From an uncultured Acidimicrobiia bacterium (lineage in GTDB: Bacteria > Acidobacteriota > Vicinamibacteria > Vicinamibacterales > SCN-69-37), in the NCBI GenBank assembly GCA_966252305.1, contig CBINOO010000002.1, positions 98,862 through 162,861 on the forward strand: 64,000 bases of DNA, written 5' to 3'. Positions 1 to 9,006 of the stretch are shown piece after piece (within the stretch, counting starts at the first letter, position 1; each line of letters starts with the position of its first letter). Both the position numbers and the translations under genes were made by a program. A model generated the notes under the pieces. That model made no database searches, was not told where the DNA came from, and was given only the letters and a program-made list of their open reading frames with translations.

Positions 1-480
1 GACCTGGCCGCGCCTTTTGTGCAGACCTCCCGCGACGGCTTCCGCCTCGCGCTTGAGGTGAGTGCGTATTCGCTCGTCGCGTTGTCCCGGCGTGCCGCGC
101 CGCTGATGACGGCGCGCGGTGGCGGATCCATCGTGACGCTCAGCTACCTCGGCGCTGAGCGTGTCTTCACCAACTACAACGTGATGGGCGTGGCGAAGGC
201 CGCACTGGAATCCTCGGTACGGTACCTCGCGAGCGACCTCGGGCCGCAGGGTATCCGCGTGAACGCGATCTCCGCGGGCCCCATCAAGACGCTGGCGGCC
301 TCGGGGATCAGCGGCTTCTCGGGCATTCTGCAGACCTACCGTGACCGCGCGCCCCTGCGCCGTACGGTCGAGACCAACGAAGTGGCTGACGCCGCGGTTT
401 TCCTGCTTGGGCCCGCCGGACGAGGTGTGACGGCTGAAGTGCTCATGGTTGACGCCGGCTTCCACGCGATGGGGGTCTAG
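1..480 (+). CDS. fabI: Enoyl-ACP reductase, 5'-truncated by the window edge
   Basis: Frame is open from base 1. FabI motifs SAYSL, YNVMGVAKAALE (catalytic Y..K) and VNAISAGPIKTLAA. Confidence 0.93.
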   Translation, partial: DLAAPFVQTSRDGFRLALEVSAYSLVALSRRAAPLMTARGGGSIVTLSYLGAERVFTNYNVMGVAKAALESSVRYLASDLGPQGIRVNAISAGPIKTLAASGISGFSGILQTYRDRAPLRRTVETNEVADAAVFLLGPAGRGVTAEVLMVDAGFHAMGV

Positions 481-1710
481 GTGCCGTCAGACGCCGGCGA
501 GAGTCGCGCACCGCGACGACAACTCCTCGCCGGCGCGGATGTGATCCTGCCGGATCGCATCCTCTCCAGTCACACGCTCGTCGTCGAAGGCTCGCAGATC
601 GTCGATATCGTGGCGGGGCCGCTCAGTGTGGAACCAGGTGAGGTGCGTCACGATTGCACCGGCGCGATCGTGTGTCCGGGCTTTGTCGACGTGCATGTTC
701 ACGGGGTGCTCGGTGACGATGTGATGGAGGGCGAGGCGGCGTTGCGACGCGTTGCGCGCGTGTTGCCGAGGTTTGGCGTCACGGCGTTTTGTCCGACCTC
801 CATCGCCTGTGCGCCCCAACACCTCCGGCGATTCCTGACCGATGTCGGTGCCGTGCGCATCGCGCCGGACCCCGGAGCGGCGCGTGTGCTGCCCGCGCAC
901 ATCGAAAGTGCGTTCATCAACCCGGATTTCCGTGGCGCACAACCACTTGAGTACCTGAGCTCGCAGACGAGCGAGGGTGTTGATGCCGGGAAACTCGCCT
1001 CCGAGCTCAGTTCCACGCCCGATGTCGGCATCTTCACGATGGCGCCGGAAATCCCCGGAGGGGTTGATCTGCTGCGGGCGCTGGTGGACGCCGGCATCCG
1101 TGTGTCACTCGGACATTCCGGCGCGACCTTGGAGCAGGGCCACGAAGCCATTTCGCTGGGCGCCCGGCACGCGACGCACCTCTTTAATCGAATGCCTCCA
1201 CTGAGCCACAGGCAACCGGGCCTTGCCGCAGCCATTCTCGAGCGCGACGAAGTCGCCGCCGAGATCATCGGTGATGGTTTTCACGTCCATCCCGCGATGG
1301 TCCGTATCGCACTGGCCGCCAAGGGCCGCCACAAGGTGATGGCGATTACCGACGGCACGGCCGGCTCAGGCCTGCCGCGCGGCGCCTGTGCGAAACTCGG
1401 TGGACGAACGATTACGGTGGGCGATACCGCGCTGCTCGAGGACGGCACACTGGCCGGCAGCGTGGCCACGATGGATCGCGTGTTTGCGATGCTGGTCACC
1501 CGCGCCGGGCAGTCCCTGGTCGACGCCTCGACTGTGTGTGCGACTACCCCGGCCCGTGAGCTCGGGCTGGTGTCTCAGGGTGTGATTGCCCCGGGCATGT
1601 TGGCCGATCTCGTCGTGCTCGATGCCAACCTCCGGGTCAGGAAGACGCTGGTGGCCGGGGCAGTGGCCTTTGACGCAGGTCAGGAACCAGACTTGGCCCG
1701 TCTGTCGTAG
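481..1710 (+). CDS. nagA: N-acetylglucosamine-6-phosphate deacetylase
   Basis: Motifs PGFVDVHVHG, SLGHS, ATHLFNRM, IGDGFHVHP, ITDG and GTLAGS. Confidence 0.9.
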   Translation: MPSDAGESRAPRRQLLAGADVILPDRILSSHTLVVEGSQIVDIVAGPLSVEPGEVRHDCTGAIVCPGFVDVHVHGVLGDDVMEGEAALRRVARVLPRFGVTAFCPTSIACAPQHLRRFLTDVGAVRIAPDPGAARVLPAHIESAFINPDFRGAQPLEYLSSQTSEGVDAGKLASELSSTPDVGIFTMAPEIPGGVDLLRALVDAGIRVSLGHSGATLEQGHEAISLGARHATHLFNRMPPLSHRQPGLAAAILERDEVAAEIIGDGFHVHPAMVRIALAAKGRHKVMAITDGTAGSGLPRGACAKLGGRTITVGDTALLEDGTLAGSVATMDRVFAMLVTRAGQSLVDASTVCATTPARELGLVSQGVIAPGMLADLVVLDANLRVRKTLVAGAVAFDAGQEPDLARLS

Positions 1711-1718
1711 AAGTACCC

Positions 1719-2606
1719 ATGATGACGCGACTTGCCTATCCCCTGACCGCGGCCATCCTGTTGTCGGCGTGCTCCATTGACGTCGACAGTCAGGGTTACA
1801 TTGAACGCGAGGAGAAGCGCTTTGCGGTCACGGCCAGGCCGACAATCAACCTCACCACCTTTGATGGATCGATCGAGGTGAGAGGCTGGGATCGGAACGA
1901 GGTCGTCATCGAGATCGAGAAGCGCGGACAGGACAAGGACGTCGTCGGCCGGTTCACGATTACGGCCGAGCAGAAGGAAAACGACATCGCCGTGGATGTC
2001 CGGCACTCGGGCGGGTCCAGCTACATCGGCATCGGCACATTCACCTCCCCCAGCGCACGACTCGTTGTCTCCGCCCCTCGCCAGAGTCACGTCATGGCTC
2101 GGTCAGGCGACGGCAGCATTCTGCTCGACCGTCTGGATGGCCGGCTTGAAGTGAAGACCTCCGACGGCTCCATTCGCGCCATCGAAACCAGCGGTACGCA
2201 GTTGTTCGAGACCGGCGACGGCTCGATCACACTTGAAGACATCGCCGGCATCGTCGAAGGCCGCACCGACGACGGCACCGTGCGTGTGTCGGGTACGCCG
2301 TCGAGTTTGCGTGTGAGGACGGGCGACGGGTCGATCGTCCTCCGCATCCGCCGCGGGACCGTGATGACCGACGACTGGACGGCCACGACCAACGACGGCT
2401 CCATCGTCGCCGAGCTGCCGAACGACTTCAGCGCGATGATTGACGCCGAGCCGGGGGCCGACAGCCGCGCGCGCACTGATCTCGAGTTGATCGATCAGGT
2501 GGGCGGCACGCGCGATAACCGCACGCTGCGGGGCCGCCTGGGCGCCGGCGGGAAGCGCCTGCTGCTGCGCTCGGGCGACGGGTCGATCCGCCTCACCAAC
2601 TACTGA
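1719..2606 (+). CDS. DUF4097/adhesin-like beta-strand repeat lipoprotein
   Basis: Lipobox LLSAC and repeated (T/S)xDG(S/T)(I/V) units. Confidence 0.75.
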   Translation: MMTRLAYPLTAAILLSACSIDVDSQGYIEREEKRFAVTARPTINLTTFDGSIEVRGWDRNEVVIEIEKRGQDKDVVGRFTITAEQKENDIAVDVRHSGGSSYIGIGTFTSPSARLVVSAPRQSHVMARSGDGSILLDRLDGRLEVKTSDGSIRAIETSGTQLFETGDGSITLEDIAGIVEGRTDDGTVRVSGTPSSLRVRTGDGSIVLRIRRGTVMTDDWTATTNDGSIVAELPNDFSAMIDAEPGADSRARTDLELIDQVGGTRDNRTLRGRLGAGGKRLLLRSGDGSIRLTNY

Positions 2607-2612
2607 CGTTCC

Positions 2613-3023
2613 ATGGGTTATTCCGTTACCAAGCGCATTGACTTCTGTTACGGCCACCGGCTGCTCGAGTACGACGGCGTGTGCCGTCACCTGCACGGCC
2701 ATAACGCGATGGTGGAGATCGACATCGCCGCAGACACACTCGATGCGCTGAACATGGTGGTGGACTTCTCGGACGTGAAGCGGCTGGTCAAGTCGTGGAT
2801 CGACCGGGAGCTCGATCACAAGATGATCCTGCGCAGTGATGATCCGCTGGTGCCGCTGCTGCAGGCCCAGGGCGAGCCGGTCGTGCTGATCGACAGCAAC
2901 CCGACCGCCGAACGCCTCGCACGCCTGATCTACGAACAGGGCCGGGCCATGGGGTTCAACGTGACCGAAGTGCGCTTCTGGGAAACGCCGTCATCCTGCG
3001 CCAGCTACACCCGCCTTCGCTGA
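2613..3023 (+). CDS. queD: 6-carboxytetrahydropterin synthase (QueD/PTPS family)
   Basis: Motifs GHRL..Y.G.C.HLHGHN, MVVDF, LDH, NPTAE and ETP. Confidence 0.88.
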   Translation: MGYSVTKRIDFCYGHRLLEYDGVCRHLHGHNAMVEIDIAADTLDALNMVVDFSDVKRLVKSWIDRELDHKMILRSDDPLVPLLQAQGEPVVLIDSNPTAERLARLIYEQGRAMGFNVTEVRFWETPSSCASYTRLR

Positions 3024-3059
3024 CGCTCCCGCCCACGCCAAGGCTTCGGCGCGGCAAGC
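3011..3059. repeat. Short imperfect palindromic element between convergent genes (a partial copy plus a fuller copy)
   Basis: ccgccttcgctgacgct is followed by the similar ccgcccacgccaaggcttcggcgcggcaagc. It overlaps the queD stop codon. Confidence 0.35.
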
Positions 3060-3061
3060 GC

Positions 3062-4450
3062 CTAGAAGATTCTCCACACTGTCGCGACCAGGAACGTCAC
3101 GAAAAACGCCAGCGCCAGCGGCACGAAGGTGCCGATGGCCGTCCAACGGAGGCTCCGAGTCTCCCGGTACATCGTGATGATCGTGGTGGCGCACGGGTTG
3201 TGCAGCAGGGAGAACAACATCAAGTTCACGGCCGTGAGCAGCGTCCAGCCCTGTTCGTCGACGAGAATCCGACGCATCGCGTCGAGTGATTCGACCTCGG
3301 TCATCATGCCGGCGTTCATGTAGACCATCATCAGGGTCGGCACGACGATTTCGTTGGCCGGGATGGCGATGATGTAGGTCAGCAGCACCGCTCCGTCCAG
3401 GCCGATGGCGTGGCCGAGGGGATTCAGCGCGTCAGAGATGTGTCGCGCAAGGCTGGCATCACCGGCATGGATGTTGGCGAGCAGCCAGATGACGGCACCG
3501 GCCGGCGCAGCCGTGAGCATTGCTCTCCACAATACGAAGATCGTGCGGTCAATGAGCGACGTGTACAGAATGCGGACGAAGCCGGGTCGACGATAGGGGG
3601 GCAGCTCAAGCGTGAACGCAGAGGCCTCGCCTTTGAGTACGGTCTTTGAGAGTCCCCACGACACCAGCAGCGTGAAGCCCACGCCGAGAATGACGACCCC
3701 CATCACCGTTGCCGCGGCTGCGAGTGATGCCAGCCCCGGTGACACCATACCGCCAACAAAGATGGTGGCGATCATGATGAGTGTTGGATACCTGCCGTTG
3801 CAGGGGACGAAGTTGTTGGTCAGGATCGCGACGAGTCGCTCACGCGGGGAGTCAATCACCCGGGTCGCGATGATGCCGGCGGCGTTGCACCCGAATCCCA
3901 TCGCCATCGTCAGCGCCTGTTTGCCGTGTGCGCCCGCCTTGCGGAACAGGAAATCGAGGTTGAACGCGACTCTCGGCAGATAGCCAAGGTCTTCGAGCAT
4001 GGTGAACAGCGGAAAAAAGATCGCCATCGGCGGCAACATGACGCTGATGACCCACGCGAGCCCGAGATAGACGCCGTCCCAGATGAACCCGGTGACAAAC
4101 CAGGGCGCGCCAACTGACTCAAACAGGGCCTTGCCCTGATCACCGATCCAGAACAGCGCGTTGGCCAGCATGGCCGACGGCACGTTTGCGCCGGCCACGG
4201 TCAACCAGAACACGACGGCCAACATGAGGGCCATGATCGGCAGTCCGAAGATCGGAGACGTGACAATGCGATCGATCTTCTGGTCGAAGTCGTAACGACG
4301 GGCGTCTGCATCGTGGGCCGCGCGACGCGCGATCCGTTCCGCCTCCGCGTAGAGCGACTTGACCGTCTCGTCGCGGAACTGCGACTGCAGCGTGGAGCGA
4401 AGCGCAGCGGCACGCTGGAGTACAGCGGCCGGCGAAGAGGGTTCCGCCAT
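3062..4450 (-). CDS. feoB: FeoB membrane (gate/core) domain as a stand-alone protein
   Basis: Motifs LEDLGYLPRVAF, GFGCN, FVPCNGR, LELPPYR and PCATT, with many TM segments and no GTPase domain. Confidence 0.88.
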   Translation of the reverse strand: MAEPSSPAAVLQRAAALRSTLQSQFRDETVKSLYAEAERIARRAAHDADARRYDFDQKIDRIVTSPIFGLPIMALMLAVVFWLTVAGANVPSAMLANALFWIGDQGKALFESVGAPWFVTGFIWDGVYLGLAWVISVMLPPMAIFFPLFTMLEDLGYLPRVAFNLDFLFRKAGAHGKQALTMAMGFGCNAAGIIATRVIDSPRERLVAILTNNFVPCNGRYPTLIMIATIFVGGMVSPGLASLAAAATVMGVVILGVGFTLLVSWGLSKTVLKGEASAFTLELPPYRRPGFVRILYTSLIDRTIFVLWRAMLTAAPAGAVIWLLANIHAGDASLARHISDALNPLGHAIGLDGAVLLTYIIAIPANEIVVPTLMMVYMNAGMMTEVESLDAMRRILVDEQGWTLLTAVNLMLFSLLHNPCATTIITMYRETRSLRWTAIGTFVPLALAFFVTFLVATVWRIF

Positions 4451-5265
4451 TACTGCGCCCCCTCCACGGCGATCTTGCTGCTGAAGCGCCGGGCTTCCTG
4501 TTGCTGTGACGTCACCATCTCCGCCAGACGGCCCGACGTGAGCGCGGCTTCAACCTCGGCATCGCCATCAAGCAGGCGAATGGCAATCCAGCGGGCGTTG
4601 GGGACGCCCGGTGCCGCGGCCTCGATCAGCGGGACGAGTTCGGAGATCGCGCGCTGGAATTCCGGTGTGCCTGTCACACGCAACGGCTGGGTCTCAATGG
4701 CGCCGGAGGAGACTCCGGCCACCGCATCCAGCAACGCATGCATGCCCTCACCCGTGCGCGCCGTGATCGCCACCGCCGGCACGCCCAGGTCACGCGAGAG
4801 CGATCGCACATCGACTTCGATGCCCTTGCGCTTCGCTTCATCCATCAGGTTGACGGCGACGACGACGCGGTCGGTAATTTCGAGCACTTGCAGCACCAGA
4901 TTCAGGTTGCGCTCGATGGCTGTGGCATCGATGACGACAATCGTGGCGTCCGGACGCCCGAACAGCAGAAAGTCCCTCGCAATCTGCTCGTCGTGAGAGG
5001 CAGACAGCAGCGAGTAGGTGCCAGGCAGATCGACGAGTTTGTACCGGACGGTGCCGAACTCGAAGCCGCCTTCGGCGCGACTCACGGTCTTGCCGGGCCA
5101 ATTGCCGGTGTGCTGCTTGAGGCCGGTGAGCGCGTTGAACAGCGTCGACTTGCCGGTGTTGGGGTTGCCCGCAAGCGCCACCACGCGGTCGATCCGATCG
5201 AGTGAGACGCCCATGCGCGCCAGTTCGGTGTGCACGGCGCAGCTGTCGCAATTGTGGTCGCTCAT
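4450..5265 (-). CDS. feoB: FeoB small GTPase domain as a stand-alone protein
   Basis: G1 GNPNTGKS, NWPGKTV, G3 DLPG and G4 NLMD. N-terminal HNCDSCAVH extension. TAATG overlap with the next gene. Confidence 0.9.
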   Translation of the reverse strand: MSDHNCDSCAVHTELARMGVSLDRIDRVVALAGNPNTGKSTLFNALTGLKQHTGNWPGKTVSRAEGGFEFGTVRYKLVDLPGTYSLLSASHDEQIARDFLLFGRPDATIVVIDATAIERNLNLVLQVLEITDRVVVAVNLMDEAKRKGIEVDVRSLSRDLGVPAVAITARTGEGMHALLDAVAGVSSGAIETQPLRVTGTPEFQRAISELVPLIEAAAPGVPNARWIAIRLLDGDAEVEAALTSGRLAEMVTSQQQEARRFSSKIAVEGAQ

Positions 5266-6260
5266 GCCATGGGCCTCACGACGATGTGACGCGACTGGTC
5301 GCGGCGCAGGGCGACGAGTGTGCCGCGAACCTCATACGCGCGAGGATCTCCGGCGAAGGTTGATAGCGCCGCGCGGATGCGTGCGCCCGCTGTGAAGCCG
5401 AGGTCCATCAGCCGTCGACGGCTGTACCCCTGGCAGGCATCATCAAGCGCCACGACCTCGGCCAGCTGCCCCTGGGGCAGGTCCGACAGCCTGACGGCAC
5501 CCGCCCGGTCGACTGACGGCGACGCGGCAGCCACGAAGACGTTCGCCGCGACAGCCGGAGCGAGTCGGAACTCGTTTTCGCCATCGGTGAGTACCAGCCG
5601 GTCCGCCGTTGACTCGATGAGTCGAATCGTCTGGCCGACTTGAATACCCTCGGCAACCAGCTGTGCGTAGGAAATGGGAGGTTCGTCTTCCAAGTGGACG
5701 ACCCGAGCCAGGCTGTCGACCGGCCACGCCGTAAGTGGGGTGCCTGACGCGGGAGGGACGAAGCCCTCACGTGTGGGAATTGGGTCGCCATGAGGGTCGA
5801 CGGCGGGATGACCCAGCGATGCCGACAGCCGTTCAACGTCGTCGGGTGACAGGTGATGTTCGCCGCGCTCGGCAGCCGCGTGTACGGCCGTCAGCGGCAG
5901 GCGCGCCTCGTCAGCGAAATAGCGCTCGAGGAGCCGGTGCGCGCGAATCACCTGCAGCGCGAGACGTTCACCGTCCGTCGTCAGATCGAATTCGCGATCG
6001 CGTGCGACCAGGAGGCCCTGTGTCTGCATGCGAGCGACGAGATCAAGTACCAGCCTGTCGGGCAGACGCAACGCGCCGGTGAGCGACGCGAGTGTCCCGC
6101 GTTTGCCGCGGTACTCCAGATCGAACAGGTGCTTCAGGGCGTCTTCGAGGTGTTGCCGCGACTTGCGGGCCAGGCGCAGTTCCCGCCATCGCACCACCAG
6201 CCACACCATGGTCGCGAACACGAGCCCGATGACGAGGAAGTTCAGGAGGGGATTCATCAC
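5262..6260 (-). CDS. DtxR/MntR-like protein with an N-terminal TM helix and two FeoA-like domains
   Basis: Hydrophobic N-terminus, HRLLERY, ERGEH and DPHGDPIP. C-terminal FeoA signature RRRLMDLGF..G....GDPRAYEVRGTLVALRR. Confidence 0.82.
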   Translation of the reverse strand: MMNPLLNFLVIGLVFATMVWLVVRWRELRLARKSRQHLEDALKHLFDLEYRGKRGTLASLTGALRLPDRLVLDLVARMQTQGLLVARDREFDLTTDGERLALQVIRAHRLLERYFADEARLPLTAVHAAAERGEHHLSPDDVERLSASLGHPAVDPHGDPIPTREGFVPPASGTPLTAWPVDSLARVVHLEDEPPISYAQLVAEGIQVGQTIRLIESTADRLVLTDGENEFRLAPAVAANVFVAAASPSVDRAGAVRLSDLPQGQLAEVVALDDACQGYSRRRLMDLGFTAGARIRAALSTFAGDPRAYEVRGTLVALRRDQSRHIVVRPMA

Positions 6261-6748
6261 CGGCGCTCCTGGATCATCGATTGGACCGCGGCCTGGAGCG
6301 CGTCCCCGCGCAGGTCGATGGCGACGAGTGTGCCGTCACGATCGAAGAGGAACGTCCGCGGCAGCGCCGTGATGCCCAGTCGATCGAGGATGGGACCGCC
6401 GACACCCCGACCGTCAAAGAGCTGGGGCCAGCCAATCTGCCGCCGACTCAGCCACGAACGCAGGTCTCGCGCGGGCACCGAGTCGGCATTGATGCCGACA
6501 ATGGACACGTCATCAGGGTATGACGAATGCAGTGATTTGAGCAGCGGCAGTTCTGCGAGGCACGGCGCGCACCAGGTGGCCCACACGTCGACCAGTACGA
6601 CACGGCCTTCCAGGTCCGATGCCGAGACCTGACGGCCGTCCAGTGCCTGCAGTGGCGCATGGCCGATGAGGTGTGCCAGCGAGGGGCGCGACGCGGTCGG
6701 CGCAGCGGCTGACAGCGCGACGAGCAGGAGCAGCGCAGGAACGCCCAT
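6257..6748 (-). CDS. TlpA/ResA-family thioredoxin-like exported protein
   Basis: Signal peptide, WATWCAPCLAELP, and cis-Pro loop ALPRTFLFDRDG. Confidence 0.88.
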   Translation of the reverse strand: MGVPALLLLVALSAAAPTASRPSLAHLIGHAPLQALDGRQVSASDLEGRVVLVDVWATWCAPCLAELPLLKSLHSSYPDDVSIVGINADSVPARDLRSWLSRRQIGWPQLFDGRGVGGPILDRLGITALPRTFLFDRDGTLVAIDLRGDALQAAVQSMIQERR

Positions 6749-8955
6749 CAGAACTCCACCCGCGCTCCGACGCTGAAGGACCTCGGGAATCGTGGACCGT
6801 AGACGTACGCGGCATCACGCAACGGACCGCGATCGATGTCCTGCTGGTACGCATTGGTCAGGTTCCGACCGACCATCGTCAGAATGACCGGGCCGAGGCG
6901 CCGGGAGATGGATGCGTCGACGGAGGTGAACGTCGGGGCGCGCTCGAGACGGTCGGTGGCAACGTAGCCGGCGTAGTGTGGTGCCAGCATCGACCCGGTG
7001 TAGCGCACGCCGCCGAAGAACTCCCAGCCGCTGTGCAGGCTCCAGCGAGCGCTGAGGGAGCCGTAGTGGTTAGGCGTGCGGAAGAAGTCGCGGCTGCCGA
7101 ACGTGGGCTCCGGCTCGTCGAATCGCGCGTGTTGGGCGACCACTCCGCCCTGGATGACGAGGTCATCGCCGATGCCCCAGCCCAGGTTGACCTCGACGCC
7201 GGAGATGCGCGCGCCACCCAGGTTGGTCTTGAAGAGGTTCGTGTCCGTGGTGAGCGTGTGGAACAGGTCCGTGAGCCTCGTGGTGAAGCCGGTGACTTCG
7301 ACCATCGCCTGCCCGATGCCAAGCGTGGGTTTCCATTCGATGCCGGCCATCATGTTGGTCGCGCGTTCCTCACGGAGATTCGGGTCAAGCTCCACAAGGC
7401 GGACGTCGCCGCCGACGGCGGTGAGGTGCAGGTCTTCGTCGAAGATTTGTGGCGCGCGAAATCCACGAGCCACTGAGAATCTGACGTCGAGATTGTCGCG
7501 AGGAGTGAGGAGCAACGCCGCCCGAGGTGACAACACGGGACGGTCAAGCGCCGAGTGCCAGTCGCTTCTGACGCCGGTCAGCAACTGCCAGCCCGGCCGC
7601 AATGTCCAGTCGTGTTGCAGGAATACGCCCGTCGTGTGATGAGTGAGGTCAAGCGAGCGGCCGTAACCCGGTTGTTCGTCCTGTGTGCGATCGCGGGTGG
7701 CCTGCACGCCCCACGAGAGAATCTGCGCGCCTCGATAGTGGTTGACCTGCACGTCGGCCAGCAGCAGGTTGCTGGCGGTGTCGCCGTAGGCACTCGGGTC
7801 GCGCCCAAGGCCATAGTACGAATCGCGGGTAGTCGAGGCGAGCGCCAGCGTCGCGCGATAGTCGAGGCCGCCGGTCGGCTGGTGATACCAGGAGAGCGTT
7901 GCTGAACGGCGATCGGAGTTGATGGCTTCGGCCACCAGCGCTTCGTGCGGTGGACGGTCGAGTGAATCCCCTCCGCGGCGATCCTCGGTGATGAACGACA
8001 GATCGAGCGACAGCTTGGCACGGCCGTCGGCGAAGAAGCGGTTGCCGCGTCCGCCAACCGCATTGAGGCGGCGACGGCTGACCTCGGTGAAGCCATCACC
8101 ATCCACGTCACGCGGATCAACCTGGTCGCGCTGGGCGTAGAACGTGATGTTCGTGCGGCGATCGCCGGCAGCCCAGTCCAGGGCGGCGTTGAGTGAACTC
8201 CCGCGTTCCGCGCGAACCTCGACGACTCCGCCGCTGCGAGGTGCGTCGCGGGGAATGATGTTGATCACGCCCCCAACGGCGCCCGAGCCGTACAGCGCGG
8301 AACCTCCACCCTTGACCACCTCGATGCGTTCGATCATTCGCGCCGGGATGTGCTCGATGCCATATACCTGCGCCAGTGACGAGACGACCGGGTGGCCGTC
8401 GACGAGAATCTGCGTGTAAGGCCCTTCAAGACCAAGCAGGCGGATCTGCGAGAAGTTGCAGTTCTGACAGTTGTTCTCGACGCGGACGCCGGACGTAAAT
8501 TCAATCGCATCGGCGAGTGTGCGTGATGCCGTCGCGTCCATGGCCGTGCGGTCCACGACCTCCGTCCGCACCGGTACGGCGTTGGTGAGGCGGCGGGTGC
8601 GGGTGGCGGTCACCGTCACGGACGCTTCGAACGCAGCCTTCAACGTGAACACACGAGTCACAGGCCGCTGCGCGGCCGCGGGAAGGGTTGCCCGCGCCGG
8701 ACCAAACCCCGCCAGCGTCGCCGCGATCTCAAAGGCGCCGGACGGCAGGTCGAGGCAATAACGACCTTCGGTGTCGGTTGTGGTGGTCACGGGGGCTTGG
8801 GTCGCCTCGCTCTCGCCAGGACGCCGGGCCGTGATCGTGACGCCCGGAATCGCGCCCCCGTCCTGGTCCAGAACGGTCCCCTGGACGGCGCACGACTGGG
8901 GGTTTTCGGCTGAAGGCCCGGTGATCAGGGCAAGGGTCAGGAGGAGGCTACTCAT
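6748..8955 (-). CDS. TonB-dependent outer-membrane receptor with an N-terminal carboxypeptidase-regulatory-like domain
   Basis: Motifs VTVTATR, IERIEVVKGGGSALYGSGAVGGVINII and terminal Phe. ATG at 8955 chosen as start; TTG at 8976 is an alternative. Confidence 0.9.
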   Translation of the reverse strand: MSSLLLTLALITGPSAENPQSCAVQGTVLDQDGGAIPGVTITARRPGESEATQAPVTTTTDTEGRYCLDLPSGAFEIAATLAGFGPARATLPAAAQRPVTRVFTLKAAFEASVTVTATRTRRLTNAVPVRTEVVDRTAMDATASRTLADAIEFTSGVRVENNCQNCNFSQIRLLGLEGPYTQILVDGHPVVSSLAQVYGIEHIPARMIERIEVVKGGGSALYGSGAVGGVINIIPRDAPRSGGVVEVRAERGSSLNAALDWAAGDRRTNITFYAQRDQVDPRDVDGDGFTEVSRRRLNAVGGRGNRFFADGRAKLSLDLSFITEDRRGGDSLDRPPHEALVAEAINSDRRSATLSWYHQPTGGLDYRATLALASTTRDSYYGLGRDPSAYGDTASNLLLADVQVNHYRGAQILSWGVQATRDRTQDEQPGYGRSLDLTHHTTGVFLQHDWTLRPGWQLLTGVRSDWHSALDRPVLSPRAALLLTPRDNLDVRFSVARGFRAPQIFDEDLHLTAVGGDVRLVELDPNLREERATNMMAGIEWKPTLGIGQAMVEVTGFTTRLTDLFHTLTTDTNLFKTNLGGARISGVEVNLGWGIGDDLVIQGGVVAQHARFDEPEPTFGSRDFFRTPNHYGSLSARWSLHSGWEFFGGVRYTGSMLAPHYAGYVATDRLERAPTFTSVDASISRRLGPVILTMVGRNLTNAYQQDIDRGPLRDAAYVYGPRFPRSFSVGARVEF

Positions 8956-8976
8956 TTCGAGTAGCCAAGATATCAA

Positions 8977-8992
8977 TTTTGATGGGTCAAAA
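8977..8992. promoter_or_regulatory. Candidate DtxR/MntR operator
   Basis: AT-rich palindrome TTTTGA-tggg-TCAAAA between the regulator and the receptor. It lies in the spacer of a putative minus-strand TTGTTT-N18-TATCTT promoter. Confidence 0.55.
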
Positions 8993-9006
8993 ACAAGATC
9001 GAGTAT

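Noticed and set aside
2600..2615. preQ1 riboswitch upstream of queD
   Set aside because: Only 6 nt separate queD from the upstream gene, and no riboswitch-like motif is visible.
4440..4460. Split feoB as a frameshifted pseudogene
   Set aside because: There is a clean TAATG coupling, both halves are intact, and the second has its own N-terminal segment. A natural split is more likely.
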